Positions 1 to 9,928 of a stretch of DNA of 64,000 nt are shown in pieces. Positions within the stretch are counted from its first letter, which is position 1; the number at the start of each line of letters is the position of its first letter. The translations under genes and the position numbers were made by a program. The notes under the pieces are model-generated. The model was not told the origin of the DNA. It searched no databases and saw nothing but the letters and a program-made list of their open reading frames with translations. This stretch comes from Nitrososphaeria archaeon (lineage in GTDB: Archaea > Thermoproteota > Nitrososphaeria > JACIWG01), in assembly GCA_963752255.1 (NCBI GenBank), contig CAVVXT010000007.1, positions 1 to 64,000 of the forward strand, read 5' to 3'.

Positions 1-647
1 TGGGGCAGGAAATAGACGCAGTTTTCTCCCAGCAACACCAGGTCGGTGCGGCCATCGCCATTCAGATCGCCGGTGCAGAGGCGCGTTGGCCGAGAGCTGG
101 CCGTCGTCAATGGGCCAGCGTTTGGGGGCGCTCCAGCCGTTGGTGCCCTGGTTGTAGAGCACGATCAGTTCCCGGGGGTCGCCGTAGTAGGCGATGTCGG
201 GCCGGCCATCGCCGTTCAAGTCGGCGACGGCCAGGGAGGAGATGCGTTTCTCGGAGGCGATGGATTCGATGCGGAAGCGGGCATCGGGCGGCAGCTCGTT
301 CGGCTCGCGTTTGCCTGCGGGCTTGGGCTTTTGCGGTCAGGTTGGTCTTGCCGGTCTGGTTGTAGAGCAGGTTGATCCTGGAGCGGGCATTATTGACCAC
401 GATGATGTCGTTCAGGCCGTCGCCATCGAGGTCCGCCACGTGCAGTTGGCTGATCTGGCTGTCAATGGGGAATATCTCCGGGCCGGTGAAGCCGAAGCGG
501 TTGGTGTTGGTGGCGGCGGCCAGGCAGTTCACCGTGAAGCTCACGCCGGCAGCCCAAACCAACGCGCAGCCGAGCCCTGCGTCGGAACCAAGTGATAGTC
601 TTCAAGCGTGGCGGAAAATGCCAATGGGGAAGGGGGTTGGAAAGCAC
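1..647 (-). CDS. FG-GAP/VCBS repeat-containing secreted protein (partial, frameshifted; bacterial fragment)
   Basis: Repeated motifs ADLDGDGLNDIIVVN, ADLNGDGRPDIAYY and GDLNGDGRTDLVLL lie in different minus frames; the gene runs off the window edge. Confidence 0.75.
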
Positions 648-684
648 AAAGCGAAGGCCCGTTGGCCAGCGGGCCGCTGCGCGC

Positions 685-1108
685 TTACTCGCCGACGAAA
701 TGGGCGGTAATGGCGCGGGAGTGCGGCGAGCGGCGATGTTCCCAGAGGTAAATTCCCTGCCAGGTGCCCAGCGCCAGCCGGCCCTGGCTGACGGGAATGG
801 AAAGGTTGACGGCCGTCAGCGCGGTGCGCACGTGGGCGGGCATGTCGTCGTCGCCTTCGACCGTGTGCGAGAAGAGCGGATCGCCGTCCGGCACGAGGCG
901 CGCAAAGAAGCTCTCCAAATCGCGCCGCACATCCGGGTCGGCATTTTCCTGGATGAGCAGCGAGGCCGAAGTGTGGCGGAGGTGCAGGGTGACCAGGCCG
1001 TCTGGTGAAACCGTTCTGCGCAACCCAGTCCGCAACTTTGCCGGTGAAGTCGTAGAGGCCACGGCCGCGCGTGGGAATCCTTATCTCATGCAAAGCCTGG
1101 CGCAACAT
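685..1108 (-). CDS. yjbQ: YjbQ/UPF0047 family protein (secondary thiamine-phosphate synthase), frameshift near 1005
   Basis: N-terminus MLRQALHEIRIPTRGRGLYDFT (ORF 602-1108) continues in another frame as HTSASLLIQENADPDV...DDMPAHVR...LALGTWQGIYLWEHR (ORF 685-1062). Confidence 0.9.
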
Positions 1109-1117
1109 CTCGCTGAT

Positions 1118-1152
1118 AGTCTGGAGTCCAGAGTCTAAAGTCTAAAGTCCGA
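1118..1152. repeat. Heptamer tandem repeat (AGTCYRR x5)
   Basis: agtctgg agtccag agtctaa agtctaa agtccga, intergenic. Confidence 0.8.
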
Positions 1153-1172
1153 GGCAGAAGTGCAGGCTGCGC

Positions 1173-2072
1173 TCATTGGCCGCTGTCGGCGGGCTTCTTG
1201 GCGTCGAGCATCTTCTCCAGCTCCGGGTTGCGCGGGTGGCCGGCGGCCAGGGCTTTTTGGTAATGCCAGCGGGCCAGCTCCACCAGCGGCGGCTGCTGGG
1301 TGATGTAGACCACCGCGAGGTTATTGTGCGCGTTGGCGTAGCCCGGATCGAGCTGAATGGCCTTGCGCAGGGCGGTCTCGGCCGGGTCCGCGCAGGCCCT
1401 TCTCGCTCAGCGCGAGGCCGAGGAAGTTCTGGATCTGCGCATCCTGGGGATCGAGCTTTGCCGCGCGGCTGAGCGCGTCAATCGCCTCGTCGTATTTCTT
1501 CTGGCGGAACCTCAAGCGGCCCAGGACGAAGAGGCTGTAAGGGTCATCGGGCGCGAGGGCGACGGCTTGCTTGATATTGATCTCCGCGGCCTCGAGATGG
1601 TCCGAGATCGAGCTCGATCGCGGCGAGGTTGGCCAGGGTGGGAACATTCTTTTTGTCCTGCTGCAGCACCTGCAGGTATTTCTCCTCGGCTTTGTCGAGT
1701 TGTCGGTTGGCGTAGTAGGCGCTGCGCCTCGGCCACCAGCGCCACCGTGCCGGGGGGCAGCTCCTTGACCGATTTCTTGCCGCCTTTGCGATCGGCCTGG
1801 GCGAGTTTGGTTTCCGGCTGCTTGAACAGGGCCAATTCCTCGGCGGTATAAGGCACTTGCCGCGCCTCGAACACTTCGAGCCGGGCGCGCAGCGTGGCCA
1901 ATTGATTCTCGATTTCCGCCACGCGGGCGGCCGCCGCTTTGCCTTTGCGGCTGTAAAGCTCCTTGTTGGCGGCGGCGAGCTGCTTCTGCAGGTCGTCTCG
2001 TTCCCGTTCCAGTTGCTTGATCCGGGCCGCGTCCGCGGCTTTGGAGGATACGGGCCCGCCGGCTATGGCCGG
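1173..2072 (-). CDS. Tetratricopeptide repeat protein with coiled coil (5'-truncated, several frameshifts)
   Basis: TPR-like helices AEINIKQAVALAPDDPYSLFVLGRLRFRQKKYDEAIDALSRAAKLDPQDAQIQNFLG; segments fall in ORFs 1512-2159 and 1321-2307. Confidence 0.75.
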
Positions 2073-2208
2073 GGGGGCCGTGGGGGACCCTACAAAGGCG
2101 GATGCCAAAAGAGGAAAGGAAATGTTTGAGGCCTTTGTAGACAAGACGGCGGAGTTCATAGCAGAATTCAGGAGAAGACGGATACCTCCGAGAAAGGACT
2201 ATCACTGA
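2072..2208 (+). CDS. Creatininase family protein, C-terminal fragment only
   Basis: GAVGDPTKADAKRGKEMFEAFVDKTAEFIAEF resembles the creatininase C-terminal GDPxxAxxxKG motif; it begins at the GC break. Confidence 0.65.
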
Positions 2209-2370
2209 TCTTTCGAAATGAAGGTATACTTTCTTTTTTCTTTCAAAATTTTGCAGTACACTCGTTTCCACTGGAAAAACCAGTTGACGAACCCAGTACA
2301 CTTTCAAGCCATGGTCCTGTTAAGTCCGTGAGGGTTCCTTTCGCCGTGTTGGGTGTTCATGACTATCAAC

Positions 2371-3384
2371 TCAGAGGAATTTCTCGGCCCAATGACAAGC
2401 CGCTACATGGTTAGGTCTGGACTTGTCGACGTTGCGAAGGAGAGGCTCTTCAGTCCTGCATATGTCGGTGGCGTAAACGCAACGAGGATTGAAACGACAT
2501 CCTGCTGGGGGGTTAATCGCGTTGGGGATCTCTCCACGCGGAATTGTCTTTTCCCTCTTCGCGGAGGGGTCTGGTACTGGAACTGCAGCCAACAAAGCCC
2601 TGGTGTAAGGATGGAGAGGGAGGCCGAATACGTCCTTGGTGTCGCCCATTTCGGCTATCTTTCCAAGGTACATGATGGCTATCCTATTGCAAAGGTATTT
2701 TGCGACCGCAAGGTCATGGGTTATGAAGAGATATGTCAATCCCAGCTGTGTGTGCATCCCGCGCATTACGTCGAGGATCTGTGCCCTTACCGACACGTCC
2801 ACCATGGCTACGGGTTCGTCAGCCACCACATAGTCTGGATGAGTCACCAAGGCGCGCGCGATGACCACTCTCTGCTTCTGCCCGCCGCTGAGGTTCTGAG
2901 GATATCTCTTGTATATCTCGGCAGCGGGGACAAGGCCCACATACTCGAATATCTCTAGGACGCGCCTCCTTGCTTCTTCATCGTCTGCGGATTCTAGAAG
3001 CTTCAACGGGTCGGCCACGGCGTCTCCCACCCTCATCTTGGGGTTCAACGATGCCGTGGGGTCCTGGAAGATGATTTGCATTTTCCTCCTTAGCTTTCGG
3101 ATGCCGTTGGAGTCCAACTTGCCTAACTCGATGCCGTCCAAGGTTACTTTGCCGGAAGTGGGCCGAATCAGGCCGATGGTCAAGCGACCCGTGGTAGTCT
3201 TCCCACTCCCGCTCTCTCCTACGAGGCCGAATATGTCTCCCTTGGCTAGCGAAAAGGTCACACCGTCCACCGCCTTGACGAAGCTTTGATTCCGAGAAAG
3301 CAACTGCTCAAGGAGCCCATGCTGCACGGGGAAGTACTTCTTGAGGTCGACGACTTCGAGTAAGGGCAAATCTTGATCACCCAT
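2371..3384 (-). CDS. Oligopeptide/dipeptide ABC transporter ATP-binding protein (DppF/OppF-like)
   Basis: Walker A GESGSGKTT, LSGGQKQR signature, C-terminal HPYT and Cys cluster; start taken at MGDQDL (3384). Confidence 0.95.
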   Translation of the reverse strand: MGDQDLPLLEVVDLKKYFPVQHGLLEQLLSRNQSFVKAVDGVTFSLAKGDIFGLVGESGSGKTTTGRLTIGLIRPTSGKVTLDGIELGKLDSNGIRKLRRKMQIIFQDPTASLNPKMRVGDAVADPLKLLESADDEEARRRVLEIFEYVGLVPAAEIYKRYPQNLSGGQKQRVVIARALVTHPDYVVADEPVAMVDVSVRAQILDVMRGMHTQLGLTYLFITHDLAVAKYLCNRIAIMYLGKIAEMGDTKDVFGLPLHPYTRALLAAVPVPDPSAKREKTIPRGEIPNAINPPAGCRFNPRCVYATDICRTEEPLLRNVDKSRPNHVAACHWAEKFL

Positions 3385-4336
3385 GTAAATGGCATGCCGT
3401 TTCGGTTTCTTGATCGAGCCGTAGGAGCTTGGGGTCCTCCACCCTGCACCTGTCGAAGACATATGGACATCGAGGGCTGAAAGGACAACCTTGCGGAAGG
3501 TAGCACATGTCAGGGGGCGATCCTGGGATGGACTTCAGCAATTGGTCGTTCACAAGGATGTTAGGGATCGAATTGAGCAGGGCCTCCGTGTAAGGGTTCA
3601 TCGGATGGGAGAAGAGCTTCGCGGTTGAGGAGACCTCCATGAGCTTCCCCGCGTACATGACAGCTATCCTATCAGTGGTCTCGGCCACGACACCCATGTT
3701 GTGGGTGATGAGAATAAGCGAGACAGAATAACGTGTTTTCAGCTCCTTAAGCAGCTGCAGGATCTGGACTTCGACAATGACGTCGAGTGCCGTCGTGGGC
3801 TCATCGGCTATTATCAGCTCTGGTCGGAGGGCGATGGCAAGGCCTATCATGACGCGCTGTCTCATCCCGCCACTGAACTGATGAGGGTAATCCTCAACCC
3901 TTGACTTCTCGATGCCCAAATCTTCGAAGATCTTCCTCGCCGTGTTCAGCGCCTCAGATTTGGAGACGCTCGGGTCGTGTTCCCGAATATATTCAACGAA
4001 ATGTTGCCCGACCTTTTTGACTGGGTTTAGCGAAGACATTGGGTCCTGAAAGATCATGGCGATGCGCTTCCCACGAATCTTTCTCATTTCTTCTTCGTCA
4101 AGAGATAGAATGTCCTGGCCGTTGAAGTAGATGTGGCCACCACTAACGACACCGGGTGGGTCCACCAGTTTCATCAATGCATGCCCAATGGTGGACTTCC
4201 CGCTTCCCGACTCTCCCACCAAGCCCAGTGTGCTCCCCTTCGGGAGGATGAAGGAGACCTTGTTAACCGCTTTCACCACGGCCCCCCGAGTTCTATACTC
4301 GAGGGTCAGGTCTTGGACATCCAGCAGCTCAGCCAA
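3377..4336 (-). CDS. Oligopeptide/dipeptide ABC transporter ATP-binding protein (DppD/OppD-like)
   Basis: GESGSGKST, YPHQFSGGMRQR, DEPTTALD. Confidence 0.95.
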   Translation of the reverse strand: MAELLDVQDLTLEYRTRGAVVKAVNKVSFILPKGSTLGLVGESGSGKSTIGHALMKLVDPPGVVSGGHIYFNGQDILSLDEEEMRKIRGKRIAMIFQDPMSSLNPVKKVGQHFVEYIREHDPSVSKSEALNTARKIFEDLGIEKSRVEDYPHQFSGGMRQRVMIGLAIALRPELIIADEPTTALDVIVEVQILQLLKELKTRYSVSLILITHNMGVVAETTDRIAVMYAGKLMEVSSTAKLFSHPMNPYTEALLNSIPNILVNDQLLKSIPGSPPDMCYLPQGCPFSPRCPYVFDRCRVEDPKLLRLDQETETACHLHG

Positions 4337-4345
4337 TGCGTCTCA

Positions 4346-5236
4346 TCATCCTTGGATTCCCCTCTCGGACAGGCCTTCGCTAATGAGCCCGAAACCTAGG
4401 GCTGAGAGAAGTATCATCAAGCCGGAGAAGAAGATGACCCACCACGCTCCTAAGGGTAGGGCTGACCTTCCGTAAGTCAAGTCGATACCCCAGTCAGGGA
4501 GGTTGACGGGCAGCCCTAGGCCGATGAAGTCCAGGCCTGCTGTTGTGAGGATGGAATCTGCGAAGTTGATGGTCGCGAGCACGACGATGGAGGAGATCAC
4601 GTTAGGGAGGATGTAATGCAAAAGTATGTGACCCGTTTTGCCGCCGATAGATTTGGCAGCCTCCACATATGGGAGCTCCTTAATCGTGAGGACCTGGCTC
4701 CTTATGACACGATAGTAGGACGGAACGTACACCACAGCCAGAGCGATGGCTTCGTTGATCACGTTCACCCCAAAGATGCTGATGATGACTATGGCCAGCA
4801 CGAGGCTCGGAAAGGCGTACACGCTATCCATGAGCAAAGAGATTCCTTTGTCCAGAAAGCCGCCCCAGTAGGCTGATATCAGCCCGATAGGCACGCCTAT
4901 CGAGAGGCAGATGAGCACTGCGGTGACCGCCACAAGGAGGATGAACCTTCCGCCCCAAAGCGTCCTGCTCAACAGGTCACGACCGTAGAGATCAGTTCCC
5001 AGGGGGAAAGCAGTGCTGGGCGGCGAGTTGGGCGGACCTAGCGCTATCTGGGTCGGGTCATGTGGCGATATGTAGGGAGCGAGAAGACTCATGGCGGTTA
5101 TGAATATGACAATCGCGGTACCCGCGAAGATGAAGACTCTTCCAGAGCCCGGGCCGAATGTGGACCTGAACAAACTCATCACCCGAGGCATCAAACCGAA
5201 GTACTCCTTGCTGCTTTTGTTGGTCAATTGTATCAC
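4346..5236 (-). CDS. Peptide ABC transporter permease (DppC-like)
   Basis: PLGTDLYGRD and EAAKSIG (EAA loop), multiple TM segments. Confidence 0.95.
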   Translation of the reverse strand: MIQLTNKSSKEYFGLMPRVMSLFRSTFGPGSGRVFIFAGTAIVIFITAMSLLAPYISPHDPTQIALGPPNSPPSTAFPLGTDLYGRDLLSRTLWGGRFILLVAVTAVLICLSIGVPIGLISAYWGGFLDKGISLLMDSVYAFPSLVLAIVIISIFGVNVINEAIALAVVYVPSYYRVIRSQVLTIKELPYVEAAKSIGGKTGHILLHYILPNVISSIVVLATINFADSILTTAGLDFIGLGLPVNLPDWGIDLTYGRSALPLGAWWVIFFSGLMILLSALGFGLISEGLSERGIQG

Positions 5237-6264
5237 AACCTGATCCTCGGATCAAAATATGCGTATAGGACATCGACAATGAGGCTGACCACCGATATCA
5301 TAAGGGCTAGGAAGACTACAGTCCCTTGCACGGCCGTATAGTCTCTAAAATTGATGCGATCGACTAGGTAGGTCCCCAAACCCAATATGTTGAACTCCGT
5401 CTCAGTCAACACAGCCCCGCTGAGGAGCAGGGCGAACTGGAGCCCCATTATGGTGACGATGGGTAATAGGGCGTTCCTAAGCGCGTAGCTGTAGACGACG
5501 GTATTCTCCTTCAGGCCCCTGGCCCTGGCAGCGGTGACGAACTCCATTTTGAAGGTCTCGATCATGTTGCTGCGTGTCATGCGAACGAATACACCAGATA
5601 TGACGAGGCCTAATGTGACGGAAGGCAGGAGGAGATACTTCAGAGCGAGGAAGAACTGTCCAATGTTGCCCGCTAGCAGGCTATCCACCGTGTACAAACC
5701 GGTCTGCAGGTGGAAGGAACCTATCGTCAGTCCCTGCGGAATGATGCCCGTAGGCATCCTTCCCCCAACGGGGAGGATGTGCAGCCAAATCCCGAAGATA
5801 AGCTGGAGGATCATCCCTAGAAAGAACACAGGGAAAGCGTAGATCATTATCCCGTAAAGCTTGATGCTTCCGTCCACCTTTCCATAGGGCTTCCGAGAGG
5901 CAGTGGAGCCAAAGAGTATACCCACTACAGCGGCAACGATGAACGAATAGGACGTCAACTCTAGCGTGGCGGGAAACCTCGACACTATCTGATTTGTCAC
6001 GGGCTCCAATGTGACTAGGGATTTGCCTAAATTGCCGTGGAATACTCCTACCAGGTAGTTCAAGTACTGCTGCCAAATGGGCACGTCGAGCCCTAATACG
6101 TGCCTCCAAGCGGCCATTAAAGCGGGATCTGCCGTCTTCTCGAACCGGAGGCTCACGGGGTCACCTGGAAGAACCCTCATAACAAAGAAGACAATGGTTA
6201 GGGTCAATAAGAGCATTGGTATAGTTAGGGCGATTCTAGTGAGTACGTAGGTCCGGAGGGTCAA
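5233..6264 (-). CDS. Peptide ABC transporter permease (DppB-like)
   Basis: LPGDP, GNLGKS, TAARARGL, RNALLP motifs. Confidence 0.95.
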   Translation of the reverse strand: MTLRTYVLTRIALTIPMLLLTLTIVFFVMRVLPGDPVSLRFEKTADPALMAAWRHVLGLDVPIWQQYLNYLVGVFHGNLGKSLVTLEPVTNQIVSRFPATLELTSYSFIVAAVVGILFGSTASRKPYGKVDGSIKLYGIMIYAFPVFFLGMILQLIFGIWLHILPVGGRMPTGIIPQGLTIGSFHLQTGLYTVDSLLAGNIGQFFLALKYLLLPSVTLGLVISGVFVRMTRSNMIETFKMEFVTAARARGLKENTVVYSYALRNALLPIVTIMGLQFALLLSGAVLTETEFNILGLGTYLVDRINFRDYTAVQGTVVFLALMISVVSLIVDVLYAYFDPRIRL

Positions 6265-6304
6265 TAAAAAAAAACGGGGGAAGGGATTTAATAAACGTTC
6301 TGCC

Positions 6305-7963
6305 CTAAGTTGTCTCTGACATCAGCCAATATCTGAAGATAGTAGTTGGGTCTAGGACTATTCCACTCACTTTGGGTGTGCTGACGGCTATTGACGTGCC
6401 TTGGAACAATGGCACCATTGGCGCCTGGTCTGCCAGCCTTGATTGCAGCTGTGCGTATAGGGACTGTTGTTGTGTGACATTGGATGTGCTAGCTACGGTA
6501 GTCAGCAGGCTGTTTATGTTTGAATCGATGAAGCCCGTGTTAAGGAATCCAGCGCCGTTGGCCGGAAGGAACGGATAGGTGTAGTCATAGGGATCTATGA
6601 AGTCGGGGTACCAGCCGTAGATGTAGGCGCTCAACTCCCCAGATTGGGTCCTGGCTTTGTAGTCGGACCACGGAAAGTTGTTAAGGTTCACGGAAATCAT
6701 TCCCGTAGCCTCTAGGCTCTGTTTCAACGCCTGTGCGATGCCATCGGTTAAAGTGTAGTGTCCAGTCGGATAGGTCAGCGTTATGGAAAGCTTGTTGGAT
6801 GTACTGTAACCTGCCTGTGTAAGAAGCTGCTGCGCGTAGGTTATGTTTGCTTCACCGTACTTGGACTTGTATGCGTCGGTGTGGGAGAACATCCCAATGG
6901 GTATCATGCTATAGAGCGGCTCGGCTTGGCCAAGGAAGATGCTCTGGGTTATCAGTGACCTGTTGATGGCGGCTGCCACTGCTTGGCGCACAGGAAGCTG
7001 GTCGAACGGGGCTTTCTTGGTGTTGAACACCAAGTATTGGATGAACTGACCTGGTCCGACCCAGACCTTGTAGGCTGAGTTGCTGCTTAGCGATACGATT
7101 TCATTTGCCGTCAATTGCCTGTATGCGGTGTCTATCTCATGGTTCTCAAGGGCCAAGAGCAACGTGGTATCGTCTGAGTAGAACTTTATGATGATGTTCT
7201 TGGTCTTTGCCAAATCGGATGAGTTCCAATAGTTCGGGTTGGCTTGTAGGTCTATTTCGATGTCCTTGCCTGCGGTCCTTTCCCACTTGGTGAGCACGTA
7301 GTGACCTAGTCCGTTAGGATTGGAAGCGGCTAGGTTGCCCTGTGTGTAGTTCACTATTCCCCTCATGGGGGCCACCTTGGGGTTGACCGGATACATGGGC
7401 GTGAATGCTGCCATAGCTAGGAAGGCCGAGAAGGGCGCATTCAGCACGAATTGCACCTGATATGTTCCAGTCATAATCGTCTTGTTGATTATGGTGTCGT
7501 ATCCTGCACCGGCGAAGGGACCGGCGGCTTCGTCAATGGCAAACTCTCTGTCCATCGAGTACTTGACCACAGACGCATTAAAGGGTGTACCATCTGCGAA
7601 CTTTACACCCTGCCTAAGGTTAAAGGTCCATGTGAGGCCGTCTGCACTCATGCTCCAGCTCGTAGCCAAAGCTGGAACGATGTTCGTAGTTCCGGGTACG
7701 TAGTCAGCTAGGCCGTCGCCCAAGTTCTGGATGATGTTTATCCCAAAGTAGTCATAGGCATCGGCAGGATCAATGGTCGTCTGGACCGAGTCTGTTGTGC
7801 CGATGATGATCGTGTCCTTTAGTGGTGTCTGCGTATTGCTGGGCTTGTATACGTAGTAAATCCCAACTGCAGCTGCAACTATTAGGATGATTACGATTAT
7901 AATTATGCTAGTCAGTCTAGAGATTGCTTTGCGCTTGTTTTTGGACGATATTAGTCGTCTCAT
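6305..7963 (-). CDS. Peptide ABC transporter substrate-binding protein (family 5)
   Basis: N-terminal membrane anchor; PALATSWSMSADGLTWTFNLRQGVKFADGTPFNA family-5 signature. Confidence 0.95.
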   Translation of the reverse strand: MRRLISSKNKRKAISRLTSIIIIVIILIVAAAVGIYYVYKPSNTQTPLKDTIIIGTTDSVQTTIDPADAYDYFGINIIQNLGDGLADYVPGTTNIVPALATSWSMSADGLTWTFNLRQGVKFADGTPFNASVVKYSMDREFAIDEAAGPFAGAGYDTIINKTIMTGTYQVQFVLNAPFSAFLAMAAFTPMYPVNPKVAPMRGIVNYTQGNLAASNPNGLGHYVLTKWERTAGKDIEIDLQANPNYWNSSDLAKTKNIIIKFYSDDTTLLLALENHEIDTAYRQLTANEIVSLSSNSAYKVWVGPGQFIQYLVFNTKKAPFDQLPVRQAVAAAINRSLITQSIFLGQAEPLYSMIPIGMFSHTDAYKSKYGEANITYAQQLLTQAGYSTSNKLSITLTYPTGHYTLTDGIAQALKQSLEATGMISVNLNNFPWSDYKARTQSGELSAYIYGWYPDFIDPYDYTYPFLPANGAGFLNTGFIDSNINSLLTTVASTSNVTQQQSLYAQLQSRLADQAPMVPLFQGTSIAVSTPKVSGIVLDPTTIFRYWLMSETT

Positions 7964-8155
7964 TGTTTATTGCATATTTAAATCGTATATTTAAATGTTA
8001 TTAGGGATACAAAATCCTGAATTTATTATTATTAGGGATGCAATGATCGTTATGTAAGGATGATGTTAGATTACCTATATCTTCGGTCATTTTTTCTTTA
8101 CTTCAGTTGTGGTATTGCGACTGCTTTCGAGTAGTCTTTCCCGATTGTTACAGCC

Positions 8156-8551
8156 TTAGTCTTTATCAGTTTTCCGTTTGAAATGCGCTAAAGAATAACA
8201 AAGTAAATTTGACCCTAGTTCCTCGTTTTTCTTGCATTGAGCCTTTAACTCATTTAATCCAGCAGGTTCAAAGGCGTAGATCTTGCAATCTCGTTCTAAC
8301 TTTTGATATTTCATCCAAGCCCTTTCACTTTCTGAAATTTGAAAATCCGTGATTTTATTAAGTTCCTCTATTGCTGAATCTAGTGCGTTCCGATCCTCGC
8401 TAGTAGAGGATTCATTATGGCTGACGTTTAGTTCCAGCCTGTTCATCTTCTCTTTAATTTTTTCTACAGACCTCAGGGCCTTTACGTAACTTTTCCTGAT
8501 GTCTTTCAATTCTTTGTCGATTTGGCTTTGAATCTCAACAACTTCTTGCAA
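8156..8551 (-). CDS. Hypothetical coiled-coil protein
   Basis: 131-aa charged helical ORF with no recognised motif. Confidence 0.5.
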   Translation of the reverse strand: MQEVVEIQSQIDKELKDIRKSYVKALRSVEKIKEKMNRLELNVSHNESSTSEDRNALDSAIEELNKITDFQISESERAWMKYQKLERDCKIYAFEPAGLNELKAQCKKNEELGSNLLCYSLAHFKRKTDKD

Positions 8552-8660
8552 ATCTTTTCTTTCCTTCTATCCAATTATTGTTCACAGATTATTTTAGTTT
8601 TCCTAAATTTCGAAAACTATTTAATCTTATGCAGTTTCGATAGGGATTTGATGGATAAAT

Positions 8661-9356
8661 ATGGAAGCTTCATCTTTTATGGTCGATTTTCCAAGCCAAG
8701 AGCTCGGTAGGAAAACTCGGGGTTTCTTAGCGAGACCGAAGAAAGCTGGAAGGTATCCTGCAGTCATAGTGATTCATGAAATATGGGGCCTAGTTGACAA
8801 TATTAAGGATATAAGTAATAGAATTGCCGCTGAGGGCTACGTAGCCCTTGCTGTCGACCTATTTGACGGTGAAACTGTTTCAAAATTAGAAGAGGGCCGC
8901 AAAATACGCGAAAAGCTTACAGAAGAGAAGATTCTAGGAGACCTAAACGGTGGATACGGCTATCTCAAAACTCTCAATTATGTGAACCCCACACGAATAG
9001 GCAGCGTCGGTTTCTGCATGGGAGGTGGGCTTTCACTTCTACTTGCCTGCCTCAATAAAGAACTGGCAGCCGCAGTCGTATTTTATGGTAGGAATCCTTC
9101 ACCTGTAGATTTAGTGAAGAACATAAAGTGCCCGATCTTAGGCAATTATGCAGGAGTCGATTTAGGTATAACAGAATCAGAAATCAACCTATTAAAACAG
9201 ACTCTAACTAAATATGGAAAGACATTCGACATCAAAGTCTACCCGGGTGCTCCACACGGCTTCTTTAATGACACTCGAGAAGGTTATAGACCTGATGCTG
9301 CCAAAGACGCTTGGGACAGGACCCTGAAGTTTTTCAGCAAATATCTAAATATCTAA
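8661..9356 (+). CDS. Dienelactone hydrolase family protein
   Basis: HEIWG, nucleophile motif GFCMGG, YPGAPHGF. Confidence 0.92.
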   Translation: MEASSFMVDFPSQELGRKTRGFLARPKKAGRYPAVIVIHEIWGLVDNIKDISNRIAAEGYVALAVDLFDGETVSKLEEGRKIREKLTEEKILGDLNGGYGYLKTLNYVNPTRIGSVGFCMGGGLSLLLACLNKELAAAVVFYGRNPSPVDLVKNIKCPILGNYAGVDLGITESEINLLKQTLTKYGKTFDIKVYPGAPHGFFNDTREGYRPDAAKDAWDRTLKFFSKYLNI

Positions 9357-9455
9357 AGGACTATGAACGAGAAAAAAGGATTGCACCCAATGTTGGAACT
9401 GTCTTTCAATCCTAAATACATAATTCTTTCTTGACTTCTATATTTAGTCTTTTTA

Positions 9456-9701
9456 TCACTTTGGCGATGCATAAATTGTTCTTCCCTCTTTGCTCAGAAG
9501 ATATTTTCTTTCATTATCCTGAACAACTAGATCCTTAAGGACATCCAAATGATAGTACATCGTGCCAACTGGCAGCCCTGTCTCAGCCCTGAGTTCGGTC
9601 AAAGACATTTTCTCTTTTGCACCCAAAAGCTCTGCAATCCTTTTGCGCCCAGGGTGACCTATAAGTTTTAATTCTTTGTCTGTCAGCTCTGCGGTAAACA
9701 T
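9456..9701 (-). CDS. ArsR-like winged-helix protein
   Basis: HPGRKRIAELL...SLTELRAETGLPVGTMYYHLDVL. Confidence 0.85.
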   Translation of the reverse strand: MFTAELTDKELKLIGHPGRKRIAELLGAKEKMSLTELRAETGLPVGTMYYHLDVLKDLVVQDNERKYLLSKEGRTIYASPK

Positions 9702-9928
9702 GTCCCACGGTAAGAATGTAGATAATATAACCTTATTTTTTTTAATTGAATTAAAGATGCCGTACTTCTTACTTACGGTTGCCTTTCCAGATGTATTCGA
9801 AAAAAGCCTAAAGATAATATATATTATAAATAAAGTGGAGGAAACCTTTGTGGAGTCCGTCTTAAATTAGTGGGTTATTTATCCAGAGTTGTCTAATCAA
9901 TGCGTGAATAAGTAAATAAGGATGGGCT

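Noticed and set aside
46-2307. Many overlapping plus-strand ORFs in the high-GC segment
   Set aside because: Shadow frames of the minus-strand genes; high GC suppresses stop codons.
2353-7711. Plus-strand ORFs such as 2353-2958 within the ABC operon
   Set aside because: Antisense to well-supported genes and without motifs.
8120-8130. 11-mer actgctttcga shared with 38323-38333
   Set aside because: Too short, with no flanking similarity; compatible with chance.
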